From assembly GCA_964401575.1 (NCBI GenBank), contig CAYNZC010000005.1, positions 11,137-75,136 on the forward strand: 64,000 bases of DNA, read 5' to 3'. Positions 31,153 through 40,367 of the stretch are shown one piece after another (positions within the stretch are counted from its first letter, which is position 1; each line of letters begins with the position of its first letter). The stretch is from an uncultured Verrucomicrobiota bacterium. GTDB lineage: Bacteria; Verrucomicrobiota; Verrucomicrobiia; Limisphaerales; UBA8199. Made by a program: the position numbers and the translations under genes. A model generated the notes under the pieces. That model saw only the letters and a list, made by a program, of their open reading frames with translations. It had not been told where the DNA came from and made no database searches.

Positions 31153-32975
31153 AATTTCAGATTCCTGATTTTGCCGAGCACGTTCTCGACCTGTGGCACA
31201 AGAGCTTCGAGTTGCTGACTGGAGCGCAAGGGGGCATAGCGGGCCTGGTCGCAGGCGTGGAAGAGTTTCTGAATCTCCTCAAGCACGCTTTCCGGCACAC
31301 CCCTTGGACGCAGCCGTTCGCTCACTACAGCTTCGGTGATGGATGCTGAGGGAACGTCCATTCGCTCTCCCAACTGTTCCTGAAGGAGCCTGAAGACGGT
31401 CAAAAAGAACTCGTCCGATTTGCTCTCGGAACTATAGCGGCGAAGGTCGGCCAGAGCGGATTGCACCTTTCGCTCGACCTGCCGCTTCCGGCGCAGCCTC
31501 GGGTTTGCGGCAAATTCATCGGCTCTCCGGCGCCAGATCGAAGCTCCAGCGAGCAACAGGACCGGGATCAGCTGCAGTCCCAGGAAGAGAGGCTGTCGAA
31601 GGAGCGGTTTGGCGGGGCCGCAGGCAGAGCCGGGTTTGCGTTTGATGGGCACGATGTCCGGGGCAGGTGGGGGTTCCTCTTCGCGCTGCCCGCGATTGAC
31701 CGCGATGACCGGCGCCGGGGTCGAACCGCCGGGTCTCACCGTTAAAGGCAGGGTGCTGCTGGTGAGCGACTGGTAAGCTTTCTTTTCGGGATCGAAAAAG
31801 CTAAAGGTCATTGCGGGCAGCTCTTTGACATTTTCGGACTGGGGCACGATGACCTGCTCGAAGATTTTTGCTCCCTGCAGGCCCAGAGGATCTTTTGTTT
31901 CGACGAGGCTTGTGGCCGGATATGTCTTGAACCCGCTCCATGCGGGTTGGTCTGGCAGAGTGAGGCCCTCAAGGTCGCCGCGCCCTTCGATGCGAATTTT
32001 TACCGTGATGGGATCACCGACGGCTACGTTGGTCGGGCCCGCATTCATAGATAGCGAGAAAGAACCCGCGGCGCCGCTGAAGCCCTTTGGAACGTTCTGT
32101 GCGGGCAGAGGAAGAACTTCGATTGTCTCTGGAGCTGCGGCGAGGACCACCTCGCGCGGTTGGCTTTGTTGGAACATTCCGAACGGGTCAAAAATGTCTC
32201 TGCGTCGTTGTCCCGCCACAGGCAATTGCAGCGTGAGGGGCACCTTTATCGATTCGATGGTCAGCCTGCCCGGTTTCGCGGGGGAGATAGCTGTGACGAG
32301 CGTGGAGACGTTGTAAGCCGCGCCTTCATTTGCAGCGCGCCTCCGGTTTAAGTGAGCGGTGCGAAGGATTCGGCATCCTTCCGCGGAGATTGGAGCGGAG
32401 TTGTAGTTGTCGAACGCGCGCAGGATGTCTTCTGCGTTAAGGATACCATCGCGCACGAACACCTGCAGTTCGACGGCGATAGGTTGCCCGACAAAAACCT
32501 CCTTCTGAGGTATGAACAGCCGCATGAAAGAAAGTTCGCCCCCTTGTCCTGCGGCTGCCCCGTCAGGTTTCACGGCAGTGAGTTTGAGCGGTTGGGAAGC
32601 GACCTGTTGTCCCTGAACCGTGGTCTTCAGCGGCGGTATCTCATAAACTCCGGGCGCCAGCGGGATAATTGCAAGGGTCTGACTTATCGTGGAAGTCACC
32701 TGGTTGTTCAGGATGCTCACCCCCTGGCTGGATCCCCGGCCCACGACCCGCAAGTTTGGGATCTCTATTTGCGGAAATGCGTCTGGCTCTCCGCCTTCAA
32801 AAGTGAGTGTCAGCGTGGCGCTTTCCCCTACGATAACGGTGTCCCGGTCCAGGGTTGCGGTCAGGGTGGCCGCCCGAAGGGGGGTGCCTGTGAGCAAAAG
32901 AAAGAGCAGCGCCAATCGCGCTGCGCGAGCGCAAAGCGCTCCTGTTTCGGACGGATGTATGCTGCCTACAAACAT
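31149..32975 (-). CDS. BatD-like (oxygen-tolerance family) protein
   Basis: Internal ATG 32975 gives a signal peptide, then ATLDRDTVIVGESATLTLTFEGG... Repeated Ig-like segments follow, with a late TM helix FLGLQLIPVLLLAGASIW and a cytoplasmic tail. ATGA overlap with the BatE-like gene. Confidence 0.7.
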   Translation of the reverse strand: MFVGSIHPSETGALCARAARLALLFLLLTGTPLRAATLTATLDRDTVIVGESATLTLTFEGGEPDAFPQIEIPNLRVVGRGSSQGVSILNNQVTSTISQTLAIIPLAPGVYEIPPLKTTVQGQQVASQPLKLTAVKPDGAAAGQGGELSFMRLFIPQKEVFVGQPIAVELQVFVRDGILNAEDILRAFDNYNSAPISAEGCRILRTAHLNRRRAANEGAAYNVSTLVTAISPAKPGRLTIESIKVPLTLQLPVAGQRRRDIFDPFGMFQQSQPREVVLAAAPETIEVLPLPAQNVPKGFSGAAGSFSLSMNAGPTNVAVGDPITVKIRIEGRGDLEGLTLPDQPAWSGFKTYPATSLVETKDPLGLQGAKIFEQVIVPQSENVKELPAMTFSFFDPEKKAYQSLTSSTLPLTVRPGGSTPAPVIAVNRGQREEEPPPAPDIVPIKRKPGSACGPAKPLLRQPLFLGLQLIPVLLLAGASIWRRRADEFAANPRLRRKRQVERKVQSALADLRRYSSESKSDEFFLTVFRLLQEQLGERMDVPSASITEAVVSERLRPRGVPESVLEEIQKLFHACDQARYAPLRSSQQLEALVPQVENVLGKIRNLKL

Positions 32976-33031
32976 CGGACGGTAAAATATCCAATCGCGG
33001 TTAAAGATAAAGAGTGAAGCTCCGTTGGAGA

Positions 33032-33589
33032 TTACTTCACGATTCCAAGCATCCCTTTGAACTCGGGGCGGCCCGAAGTCTTGAGAAGTTCGAACAATGC
33101 CATTTCGACGGACACCGTCACCGCTCCGGCCGAGCGCATGCGCTCGATGCCCGCGCGCCAATCCTCCGGGCTTCGAGAGGAGGTTGCATCGGAGGCGACG
33201 AAGACCTGGAATCCGTCGCGCAAGAGGTCAAGGCATGTCTGAGTGACGCACACATGAGCCTCGATGCCGCACAGGATGACGCTGGAAGCATTTAGAGTGC
33301 GGAGTGCGGGAACAAAAGCCGGTGTGCCGCATGAGCTGAAATCGAGTTTTTCCATCGGGGCAAATGTTGGAATGGCGCTTGCGACCTCTTTAATCGTGGG
33401 ACCAATACCTTTGGGGTATTGCTCCGTGGCCACTGTCGGGATGCTCAGTAAGCCACAACCGCGAATCAGTTGAACGGCTTTTCGAACCAGTCGTTCGCGT
33501 TCGAACATTGCCGGGACCAGGCGTTCCTGGATGTCCACCACGGCCAGTGCGGCACCGGACACATCGAGTCTATTGATTGGTTTATTCAT
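33032..33589 (-). CDS. Isochorismatase-family cysteine hydrolase
   Basis: Internal ATG 33589 (MNKPINRLDVSGAALAVVDIQE...). Catalytic Cys context VILCGIEAHVCVTQT. ATGA overlap with the PolX stop. Confidence 0.85.
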   Translation of the reverse strand: MNKPINRLDVSGAALAVVDIQERLVPAMFERERLVRKAVQLIRGCGLLSIPTVATEQYPKGIGPTIKEVASAIPTFAPMEKLDFSSCGTPAFVPALRTLNASSVILCGIEAHVCVTQTCLDLLRDGFQVFVASDATSSRSPEDWRAGIERMRSAGAVTVSVEMALFELLKTSGRPEFKGMLGIVK

Positions 33590-35349
33590 AACATTGTCAG
33601 GCGCTTTTTCGTTTGAAGAGCCTCTCGCAAAGATTTGAGGGGCATTGTATTCGCCACATCCTCGCGCGTGAGACCCGCTTTGCGAGCGATGGCGGCTCCG
33701 AGTCGCAAGAATCCGGCATCTTCGAGCCGGTGCGCATCGCAATTGATCACGCACTTGACGCCGCGACGCTTCGCGAGCGGCCAGTAGCGCCAATCCATAT
33801 CGAGACGCGAGGGGCTTGAGTTGAGCTCGATCCATGTGCCGGTTTGCGCACAGGCATCGATGACCGCATCGTGGTTGATCTTGTAACCTTCGCGCGCAAG
33901 GAGCAGGCGTCCGGTGGGGTGGCCCAGGATGTGCACGCAGGGGTTCTGTGCCGCTGCAACCAGGCGAGCCGTGTTCTGCTCTTCCGGCAAGTTGAAGGAT
34001 TGGTGGATGCTGGCGATCACCACATCCAGCTCCGCCAGAAGTTCGTCGGCGCAATCAAGCCTTCCATCCTTGAGAATGTCCACTTCGATGCCGGTGAGCA
34101 GGCGGAAATTGATTCCTTCATCTTCGAGCTTCCTGTTCAGGGCGGCGATTTCCTCTAACTGCCGCCGGAGCCGGGCGGGGTTCAGCCCGTTTGCCTGGAA
34201 GGAGCTTTGAGAATGATCTGTGACACCCCAATACGAGAGGCCAAGCGCGGCCATGGACCTTGCGATCTGCTCCGGCGTTTGCCGGCCATCGCTCCATGTC
34301 GAGTGATTGTGAATCGAACCTTTCAGGTCCGTCCATTCGATAAGACGCGGTACCGGCGTCTTTTCGGCCAAAGCAAACTCTCCCGCGTCCTCGCGCATCT
34401 CGGGAGGGATAAAGTGCAGGCCGAGCGCTTGGAAAATATCGTGCTCCGTCTCGGCGGGAACCTTCAATGAAGGGTCGCGCGTCTCGACCTCGGACTGAAA
34501 AAGGCCGTACTCGTTCAGCCTCAGTCCGCGCGTGATGGCCCTCTGGCGCATGACGATGTTGTGCTCCTTGCTGCCTGTGAAATACATGAGGGCTGCGGGG
34601 AACTCGGCATCGCTCACCACGCGCAGATCCGCCTGCATCCCCGTCTCGATGATTACACTGGCCTTTGTGGGGCCCTTGGCGATGACCGTTTGAATTCCCT
34701 GCAAACTGCAAAAGAAGTCCAGAACGGCTTCGGGATTTTTTGAGGAGGCGAGGAGGTCGATGTCTCCAATGACCTCTTTTGAGCGCCGCACGCTGCCGGC
34801 GGCGCTGCAACGGATTACCGCGTCGTGCGCGCGGAGCGCCTCGATGAACTCTTCCGACATGGATAGCGCATCATGGAGCAGGCACTTCGAGGCATAGGAG
34901 CGCCGTCTTTCGATGCCATCGAGAATGTTTGCCTGGCTTTTGGACCCGAAACCTTTCAGGCTCGCAACCTTGCCTGATTTGCAGGCTTGATCGAGGGCTT
35001 CGATTGTTTCGACTCCAAGCTCATCATGCAGGGCTTTGACCTTTTTGGGTCCGAGGCCTGGAATGTCGAGCATCAGCAGCAGCCCGGGAGGAGTTGAGGC
35101 TTTCAGTTGTTCGTGGTAAGCCAACTTGCCGGTCGTGACGAGTTCGTGGATCTTTTTCTGCAAGGCTTCGCCGATGCCGGCAATCTCGCCGAGGCGGCCC
35201 TCAGCCACGATCTTGTCCAGCGGTTCGGGGAGCATCTCGATGGTGCGCGCCACGTTCGAATAGGCGCGCGTTTTGAAGGGGTTTTCCCCTTTCAATTCCA
35301 GCAACGTCGCTATATTAAGCAGGATTTCGGCTGCCGTGCCATTGTCCAT
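33586..35349 (-). CDS. polX: Family X DNA polymerase with C-terminal PHP phosphoesterase domain (PolX)
   Basis: MDNGTAAEILLNIATLLELKGENPFKTRAY matches the family N-terminus. HhH motifs GIGEAL and GLGPKK are present, along with GSVRRSKEVIGDIDLL, FTGSKEHN and the PHP motif HNHSTWSDG...TDHS. An upstream ATG at 35448 is an alternative start. Confidence 0.85.
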   Translation of the reverse strand: MDNGTAAEILLNIATLLELKGENPFKTRAYSNVARTIEMLPEPLDKIVAEGRLGEIAGIGEALQKKIHELVTTGKLAYHEQLKASTPPGLLLMLDIPGLGPKKVKALHDELGVETIEALDQACKSGKVASLKGFGSKSQANILDGIERRRSYASKCLLHDALSMSEEFIEALRAHDAVIRCSAAGSVRRSKEVIGDIDLLASSKNPEAVLDFFCSLQGIQTVIAKGPTKASVIIETGMQADLRVVSDAEFPAALMYFTGSKEHNIVMRQRAITRGLRLNEYGLFQSEVETRDPSLKVPAETEHDIFQALGLHFIPPEMREDAGEFALAEKTPVPRLIEWTDLKGSIHNHSTWSDGRQTPEQIARSMAALGLSYWGVTDHSQSSFQANGLNPARLRRQLEEIAALNRKLEDEGINFRLLTGIEVDILKDGRLDCADELLAELDVVIASIHQSFNLPEEQNTARLVAAAQNPCVHILGHPTGRLLLAREGYKINHDAVIDACAQTGTWIELNSSPSRLDMDWRYWPLAKRRGVKCVINCDAHRLEDAGFLRLGAAIARKAGLTREDVANTMPLKSLREALQTKKRLTML

Positions 35350-35595
35350 TGGACAACTATGTGGCGGGTCGGGTAATTCGCAAGCATTTCCCTGCCTCCG
35401 GTTCTGTGAGGATTCTGCTTCAGGTTTAGCTGGTGCAGTCGTGGTCATGTTGTTTCGTGACTGGAAACTGCGAGTCGACAGAGCCAAGCTTGTTGGAGTG
35501 GCGCTCGACTGGATCCATTCTGGTGAGGGGGCGCAGGGGCGCCGCCGGCAGGCTGAACAACGATTGGGCTTTCTGAATGGCCGGAGCGCGCCTTA

Positions 35596-36957
35596 TCACA
35601 GCTTGGCGAGGCATCGATCCAGCTTTGCAATGAGAAGATCAATATCGGCCATAGACACACTCAGATTTGGACGAAGACGAATGCTGGCGCTGCCGGCGGG
35701 CAGGAGCAGGAGAGATTCGTTTTCGAGAGCGAGATCAGCGAGTTGACTGCGGGCCTTTGCGGATTGCATGGAGAAGCCCTGATAAAGACCCATGCCACGA
35801 ACGTTGCTCATCGATCCGGCATGTCTCTGCGCCAGGCGGACCAGCGATTCTTTGAGGTATTCACCTTTCGACGCAGCGCCCTCCACCAATCCCTCGCGCT
35901 CCACGATTTTTATTTCCTGCACGAACCGAACCATGTCCGCGAGGCAGCCGCCCCAGGTGGAATCCAGCACCCCTTTGTCCTGCATGGGGTAGAGCATATA
36001 AACGACTCCGGCGCCAAATTTCTTTGCGGTGGCAACAGCCTGAGGAGGGAACGGCAGATCGAGCTGATCGACCATGAACATGGAGCCGGTCGGGCCGCCT
36101 GCGGTCTGCACTTCGTCGAATCCCAAAAACACATTGAACTCGTTTGTAAGACGGCTGAGCCCCTGGAAGAACTCCGGCTCGGCCATGCGGTGGCCGCCGG
36201 CGCCCTGGATTGGCTCGATAATGATCCCGACGATCTCGCTTCCGTAGCGGATAAGGAGGTCGCGGACTTTTATCAAAGCTTCGTTCGTCCTTTGGCGGTT
36301 GGTTGCGGCGGGTTCAGATGTGTTGATGGCGGGGAAGGGGACCTGAATGTTTCCGGAGACAATTCCATGGAAATCCTTTGTGGCGACCGGATCGAGGGTT
36401 TGGGTCACATTGAGCGCAAAGATGGTCCGGCCATGGAAAGCCTGTTCGAAGTAGATGAACCGCCGAATATCGCCCGGTTGCATCGGGGTCGGATTTTGAT
36501 GACGAAACAGGTTGATGAGGTATTTCATCATGTTTTCGACCGCCTCCGCGCCGGAGTTCACCGAATAAACCTCGAGGCGCGGGTTGCGCATGCATTTGGG
36601 CGCGAGCCTGTGGATGGTCCTGTAATACTCCAGGCACTCGGCTGTGAGAAAATCCGGGTTGGGGGTTTTGTTATTGGCGGCTTTGAGCAGGCGGTTGACG
36701 TATTCGGGCTCGCTCAGACCCGGGTGGTTGTGCCCCAGCAGCTTTGAGGCGTAATAGCCGGACCAGTCGAAGATTCGCTGTCCGTCCACCGTGCCGAGCC
36801 ACATTCCGTCGCAACGGTCGAGATCTATCACGAACGGGTAGAGATCCGCGATGACGTAGCGGCTGAGTTCCTGGATCATCGCGGCGCCGATCGGGCCGGG
36901 AAACGCAGGCGCGTTGCCGTCCAAGCCTCTGGACGGTTTTGAATGTTCGGAATTCAT
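35596..36957 (-). CDS. Class III PLP aminotransferase, L-lysine 6-transaminase-like
   Basis: SGAEAVEN...IIEPIQGAGG...FDEVQTAGGPTG...ATAKKF (Lys)...LDSTWGG is collinear with my recollection of mycobacterial LAT. Confidence 0.8.
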   Translation of the reverse strand: MNSEHSKPSRGLDGNAPAFPGPIGAAMIQELSRYVIADLYPFVIDLDRCDGMWLGTVDGQRIFDWSGYYASKLLGHNHPGLSEPEYVNRLLKAANNKTPNPDFLTAECLEYYRTIHRLAPKCMRNPRLEVYSVNSGAEAVENMMKYLINLFRHQNPTPMQPGDIRRFIYFEQAFHGRTIFALNVTQTLDPVATKDFHGIVSGNIQVPFPAINTSEPAATNRQRTNEALIKVRDLLIRYGSEIVGIIIEPIQGAGGHRMAEPEFFQGLSRLTNEFNVFLGFDEVQTAGGPTGSMFMVDQLDLPFPPQAVATAKKFGAGVVYMLYPMQDKGVLDSTWGGCLADMVRFVQEIKIVEREGLVEGAASKGEYLKESLVRLAQRHAGSMSNVRGMGLYQGFSMQSAKARSQLADLALENESLLLLPAGSASIRLRPNLSVSMADIDLLIAKLDRCLAKL

Positions 36958-37035
36958 GCGCGGGTTATAACAATACCGGCAGGTGCACTCAAGGCCGAGC
37001 AGGCCTCTCTCCGAAGGTGTGTCCGGGCGAAGGTG

Positions 37036-37827
37036 CTAAACGTTCGGGAAAAGGTGGTCCCACTGCCTCTGGTCGCGGAGGTGGCTGTCTTTGAGTCCAT
37101 GTCTGGGATCCACGATTCCGAGCCTCTGTTTTATTCTGAGAAGGTCGCGCACCTGGCCCGGCTCGAGGTGATTCGGCCGCCTTCCCAGTTGAGACGCCAC
37201 GAGCAGCGTGCGGCAATAGGCTTCCAGGATCTCGATTTTGAAGTACGCGTCCTCGAGAGTTTCATGGCTCCAGGAAACCACGCCGTGATTCGCCATGAGG
37301 ATGGTGTTGTGCTTGTCCACGAGCCTGGCGATATGTTTTCCCAGTTCGGGCGTGCCGGGCGTGTGATACGGCGCCACTGCGAGCGAGACGAACAATTCGT
37401 ATTCGGTGACCAGGCAGGTCGGCGGCGCAACGCCCACGACGGAGAACGCGGTTCCGTAAGGCGGGTGGGCATGAACGGTTGCGACGGCTTGTGGCTGCCG
37501 TTTCATGATTTGGAGGTGCATGAGGATTTCGCTCGTTCGCTCCCTGCCGCCTGCGATCTGGCGTCCTTCAAAATCCACCAGGATTAAGTCATCGGGCTTC
37601 ATGAAGCCTTTTGAGACGAGCGTGGGGGTGCACAGGGCGAGGTCTTCGCCCACCTTGATGGCAAGGTTGCCCCCGTTGCCGTCCACATACTCGCGCTGCC
37701 ACAGGCGCCGACCAATATCGCAGATCTGCAACTTCAGGCCATGGAGGGCAGGGCCGTGGAAGAAATCGTGGATCTCTCCGCTCGAACTGCGCGAAGTGAC
37801 GTTTCCCGGGTTGATTGCTTCGCTCAT
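37036..37827 (-). CDS. Class II aldolase/adducin-family protein
   Basis: GNGGNLAIKV...TPTLVSKG...SEILMHLQI...VHAHPPYGTAF is the zinc-His pattern of the FucA/MtnB family. Confidence 0.85.
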   Translation of the reverse strand: MSEAINPGNVTSRSSSGEIHDFFHGPALHGLKLQICDIGRRLWQREYVDGNGGNLAIKVGEDLALCTPTLVSKGFMKPDDLILVDFEGRQIAGGRERTSEILMHLQIMKRQPQAVATVHAHPPYGTAFSVVGVAPPTCLVTEYELFVSLAVAPYHTPGTPELGKHIARLVDKHNTILMANHGVVSWSHETLEDAYFKIEILEAYCRTLLVASQLGRRPNHLEPGQVRDLLRIKQRLGIVDPRHGLKDSHLRDQRQWDHLFPNV

Positions 37828-37855
37828 TGTAGCCTCGGACGAGGCTGTCTTGTGC

Positions 37856-38545
37856 TTACTTCAAGAATGGCTGCAATGCGCCGCGCCAAATTGCGTAACC
37901 TTTTTCATTCATGTGCAGCCTGTCGCTGAGGAAGATTTCCGGACGCGGCAGGCCGTCGTGGCCGAGCATCAGTGGGAATACGTTGATGAAATCCATGTTA
38001 TGTTTAGCGCAGTAATTCTGAACGAGGGAATTCAGCCGCTTGACTTTTTCCACCTGTTCCCACCGGCGCGGGTTTGGGGCGCTGGAGATATATCCGATTC
38101 GGGCGCCGGGACTTTCCTTGCGAATGGCTTTAACGAGTGCGACGAAGTCGCCATAGACGAGATCGGGGTCTTTGCCGCTGTTGATGTCGTTGCCGCCGGA
38201 ATAGATGATGACCTGACGGGGTTTGTAAGCGGTGATGATCCGGGGGGCGAATTTAACCGCGTCAGCCAACTGGGAGCCGCCGAAGCCACGATTGACGACT
38301 GGCAGCCCTGGGAAATCCTGCTGGAGCGATTTCCACATGCGGATACTCGAGCTGCCAACGAAAACGATGCAGTTGTCCGGCGGGCGGTTCGTGGCATCGA
38401 TGGCCGCGAAAGTGGCCATGTCTTTTTGCCAGCGATCCGAGTTATGCGTTGCGAGAGTGTTCGGGGGGGTGGTTCGACAACCCGCCAGCAAGGCAATGCC
38501 AAGAACGCACGACAGGACCAGTGGGCACGAAAGACGTTTCATCAT
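37856..38545 (-). CDS. SGNH/GDSL hydrolase lipoprotein (carbohydrate esterase-like)
   Basis: Internal ATG 38545 gives the lipobox MMKRLSCPLVLSCVLGIALLAGC. SGNH blocks are FVGSSS, GFGGS, GGND and DRLHMN. Confidence 0.8.
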   Translation of the reverse strand: MMKRLSCPLVLSCVLGIALLAGCRTTPPNTLATHNSDRWQKDMATFAAIDATNRPPDNCIVFVGSSSIRMWKSLQQDFPGLPVVNRGFGGSQLADAVKFAPRIITAYKPRQVIIYSGGNDINSGKDPDLVYGDFVALVKAIRKESPGARIGYISSAPNPRRWEQVEKVKRLNSLVQNYCAKHNMDFINVFPLMLGHDGLPRPEIFLSDRLHMNEKGYAIWRGALQPFLK

Positions 38546-38649
38546 GGGACTGAAAATAGCGGCTGGTTCATTGCTGGCAACACTTCTCTGATGAGCCGGC
38601 GGCGAGTTGAGATCTGGACTTTTTTTTAACTCTCCGCAATAGTCAGCCA

Positions 38650-39822
38650 ATGTCAAATGTCTCCGCAGAGAACCGGTTGGCATCGTTGGACGTGTTTCGC
38701 GGCGCGACCATTGCCGCCATGATCCTTGTCAACAACCCCGGAAGTTGGAGCGCGGCGTATGGTCCATTAAAGCACGCGGCCTGGCATGGGTGGACATTCA
38801 CGGACCTGGTCTTTCCGTTCTTTCTTTGGATTGTGGGCGTGGCGATCCCGTTGTCGATTGCCCGGCGGTTGGCGGCTGGAGAGCGGCGGGGCGACCTTTT
38901 CAGGCATGCGATTCGCCGGGCGATCATTATTTTCGCGCTGGGCTTCTTTCTTAACTCCCTTCCGTACCTGCTTGACGGGTCGCTGTTTCGCGATGGGCTT
39001 TCCGCGTGGCTTCACAGCTACCTGACCACCGTGCGGATTCCCGGGGTGCTCCAGCGGATAGCTGTTTGCTATCTGGTGGCCATTGGCATTTACCTGACGG
39101 CCGGGTTGCGGGCGCAGATTGCCTGGACGGTTGGTTTGCTGCTGCTGTATTGGGCGCTGATGATGTTTGTCCCGGTGCCGGGCTTCGGGGCGGGTGTGCT
39201 TGAAAAGGAGGGGAATCTTTCTCAATACATTGACAACGCGGTTCTGAACGGGCCGATCATAGGCACGCACGTTTACCGGAGCGCGAAGATCTATGATCCC
39301 GAGGGTTTGCTGAGCACTCTCCCGGCGATTGCCTCCTGCATGTTTGGGGTGCTTACGGGCGCGCTGGTGAGGTCGGGTCTTAACCGCGAAACCAAGACAG
39401 CCTGGATCTTTACAATGGGCGCCCTGTTATTGTGGATCGGGAGCATAATGGATATGTTTTTCCCGATTAACAAAAACATCTGGACCAGCAGCTACACCGT
39501 TTTTATGGCGGGGATGGCTGCCACATGTTTTGCCGTGTGCTACTGGCTTGTGGACGTGCAGGGCTGGCGCAAATGGAGCAAGCCGCTCAGCGTGTATGGC
39601 ATGAACGCGATTACGGTGTTTGTGCTGGCGGGTGTGGTTGGGCGCGTGTCGCTGGAGATTAAGGTGGGCGGCTCGCCACTCAAGACATGGTTGTTCCAAA
39701 ATGTCTTCGAAAACATCCCCGACCCGAAACTTGCGTCCCTTTCGTGGGCCCTCACGTACGTGCTGCTGCTTTACCTGGTGGCGTGGGCAATGTATCGCAA
39801 GAAATGGTTCGTTAAATTTTAG
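38650..39822 (+). CDS. HGSNAT-like (DUF1624/DUF5009) transmembrane acyltransferase
   Basis: RLASLDVFRGATIAAMILVNNPGSW...HAAWHGWTFTDLVFPFFLWIVG, with about 10 TM helices. This is the pattern of heparan-alpha-glucosaminide N-acetyltransferase homologues. Confidence 0.8.
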   Translation: MSNVSAENRLASLDVFRGATIAAMILVNNPGSWSAAYGPLKHAAWHGWTFTDLVFPFFLWIVGVAIPLSIARRLAAGERRGDLFRHAIRRAIIIFALGFFLNSLPYLLDGSLFRDGLSAWLHSYLTTVRIPGVLQRIAVCYLVAIGIYLTAGLRAQIAWTVGLLLLYWALMMFVPVPGFGAGVLEKEGNLSQYIDNAVLNGPIIGTHVYRSAKIYDPEGLLSTLPAIASCMFGVLTGALVRSGLNRETKTAWIFTMGALLLWIGSIMDMFFPINKNIWTSSYTVFMAGMAATCFAVCYWLVDVQGWRKWSKPLSVYGMNAITVFVLAGVVGRVSLEIKVGGSPLKTWLFQNVFENIPDPKLASLSWALTYVLLLYLVAWAMYRKKWFVKF

Positions 39823-39851
39823 CTCTGCCTCGCGGGAGAGGGCAGCCCAGA

Positions 39852-40367
39852 TCAAATGAGCTTTTTGACGCTTGCGATTTCTGCGGGCGGAAGCCCCCGG
39901 AGCAATTCCGAGATTGTCTTTGTATGGCCGGGAAGGACCAGCATCGGCGCAATCTCGGCGATTGGCGCCAGGACGAAAGCGCGAAGGTGGGCTCGTGGAT
40001 GAGGCACTACGAGGTCCGGGGTATTTCGCAACTCCGTTTGGAAAGTGATGATGTCCAAATCGAGCGTGCGAGGTTCGTTCATGCAAGTCTTGGCTTTACG
40101 TCCGGCGCGGGCCTCAATCTTCTTGAGTTGAGCCAAAAGCGATTCCGGCGTGAGGCGGAGCCGTGGCACGAGGCCGACTGCAGCGTTGATGAACACGGGA
40201 GAACCAGGAGGGCAATCTACGGGTTGGGTCTCCCAGATCGATGAGCGAAGAAAAATGCGTTCAGCGAAGCCCGCGAGCCGCTCCATGGCGGCGGGCAGGA
40301 TTTGGCGCGAATCACCCAGGTTGGAGCCGAGGGCTAGGATGACCAGGTTTTGCGGTGCTATTCTCAC
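39852..40367 (-). CDS. folK: 6-hydroxymethyl-7,8-dihydropterin pyrophosphokinase
   Basis: ILALGSNLGD...WETQPV...RTLDLDII...VPHPR. The start is proposed at GTG 40367, overlapping the dapB TGA (GTGA). Confidence 0.85.
   Translation of the reverse strand: MRIAPQNLVILALGSNLGDSRQILPAAMERLAGFAERIFLRSSIWETQPVDCPPGSPVFINAAVGLVPRLRLTPESLLAQLKKIEARAGRKAKTCMNEPRTLDLDIITFQTELRNTPDLVVPHPRAHLRAFVLAPIAEIAPMLVLPGHTKTISELLRGLPPAEIASVKKLI

Noticed and set aside
35743-38629. Long + strand ORFs 35743..36747 and 37505..38629
   Set aside because: They are antisense to the aminotransferase, aldolase and SGNH genes, with a low-complexity Arg/Gly/Ala composition.
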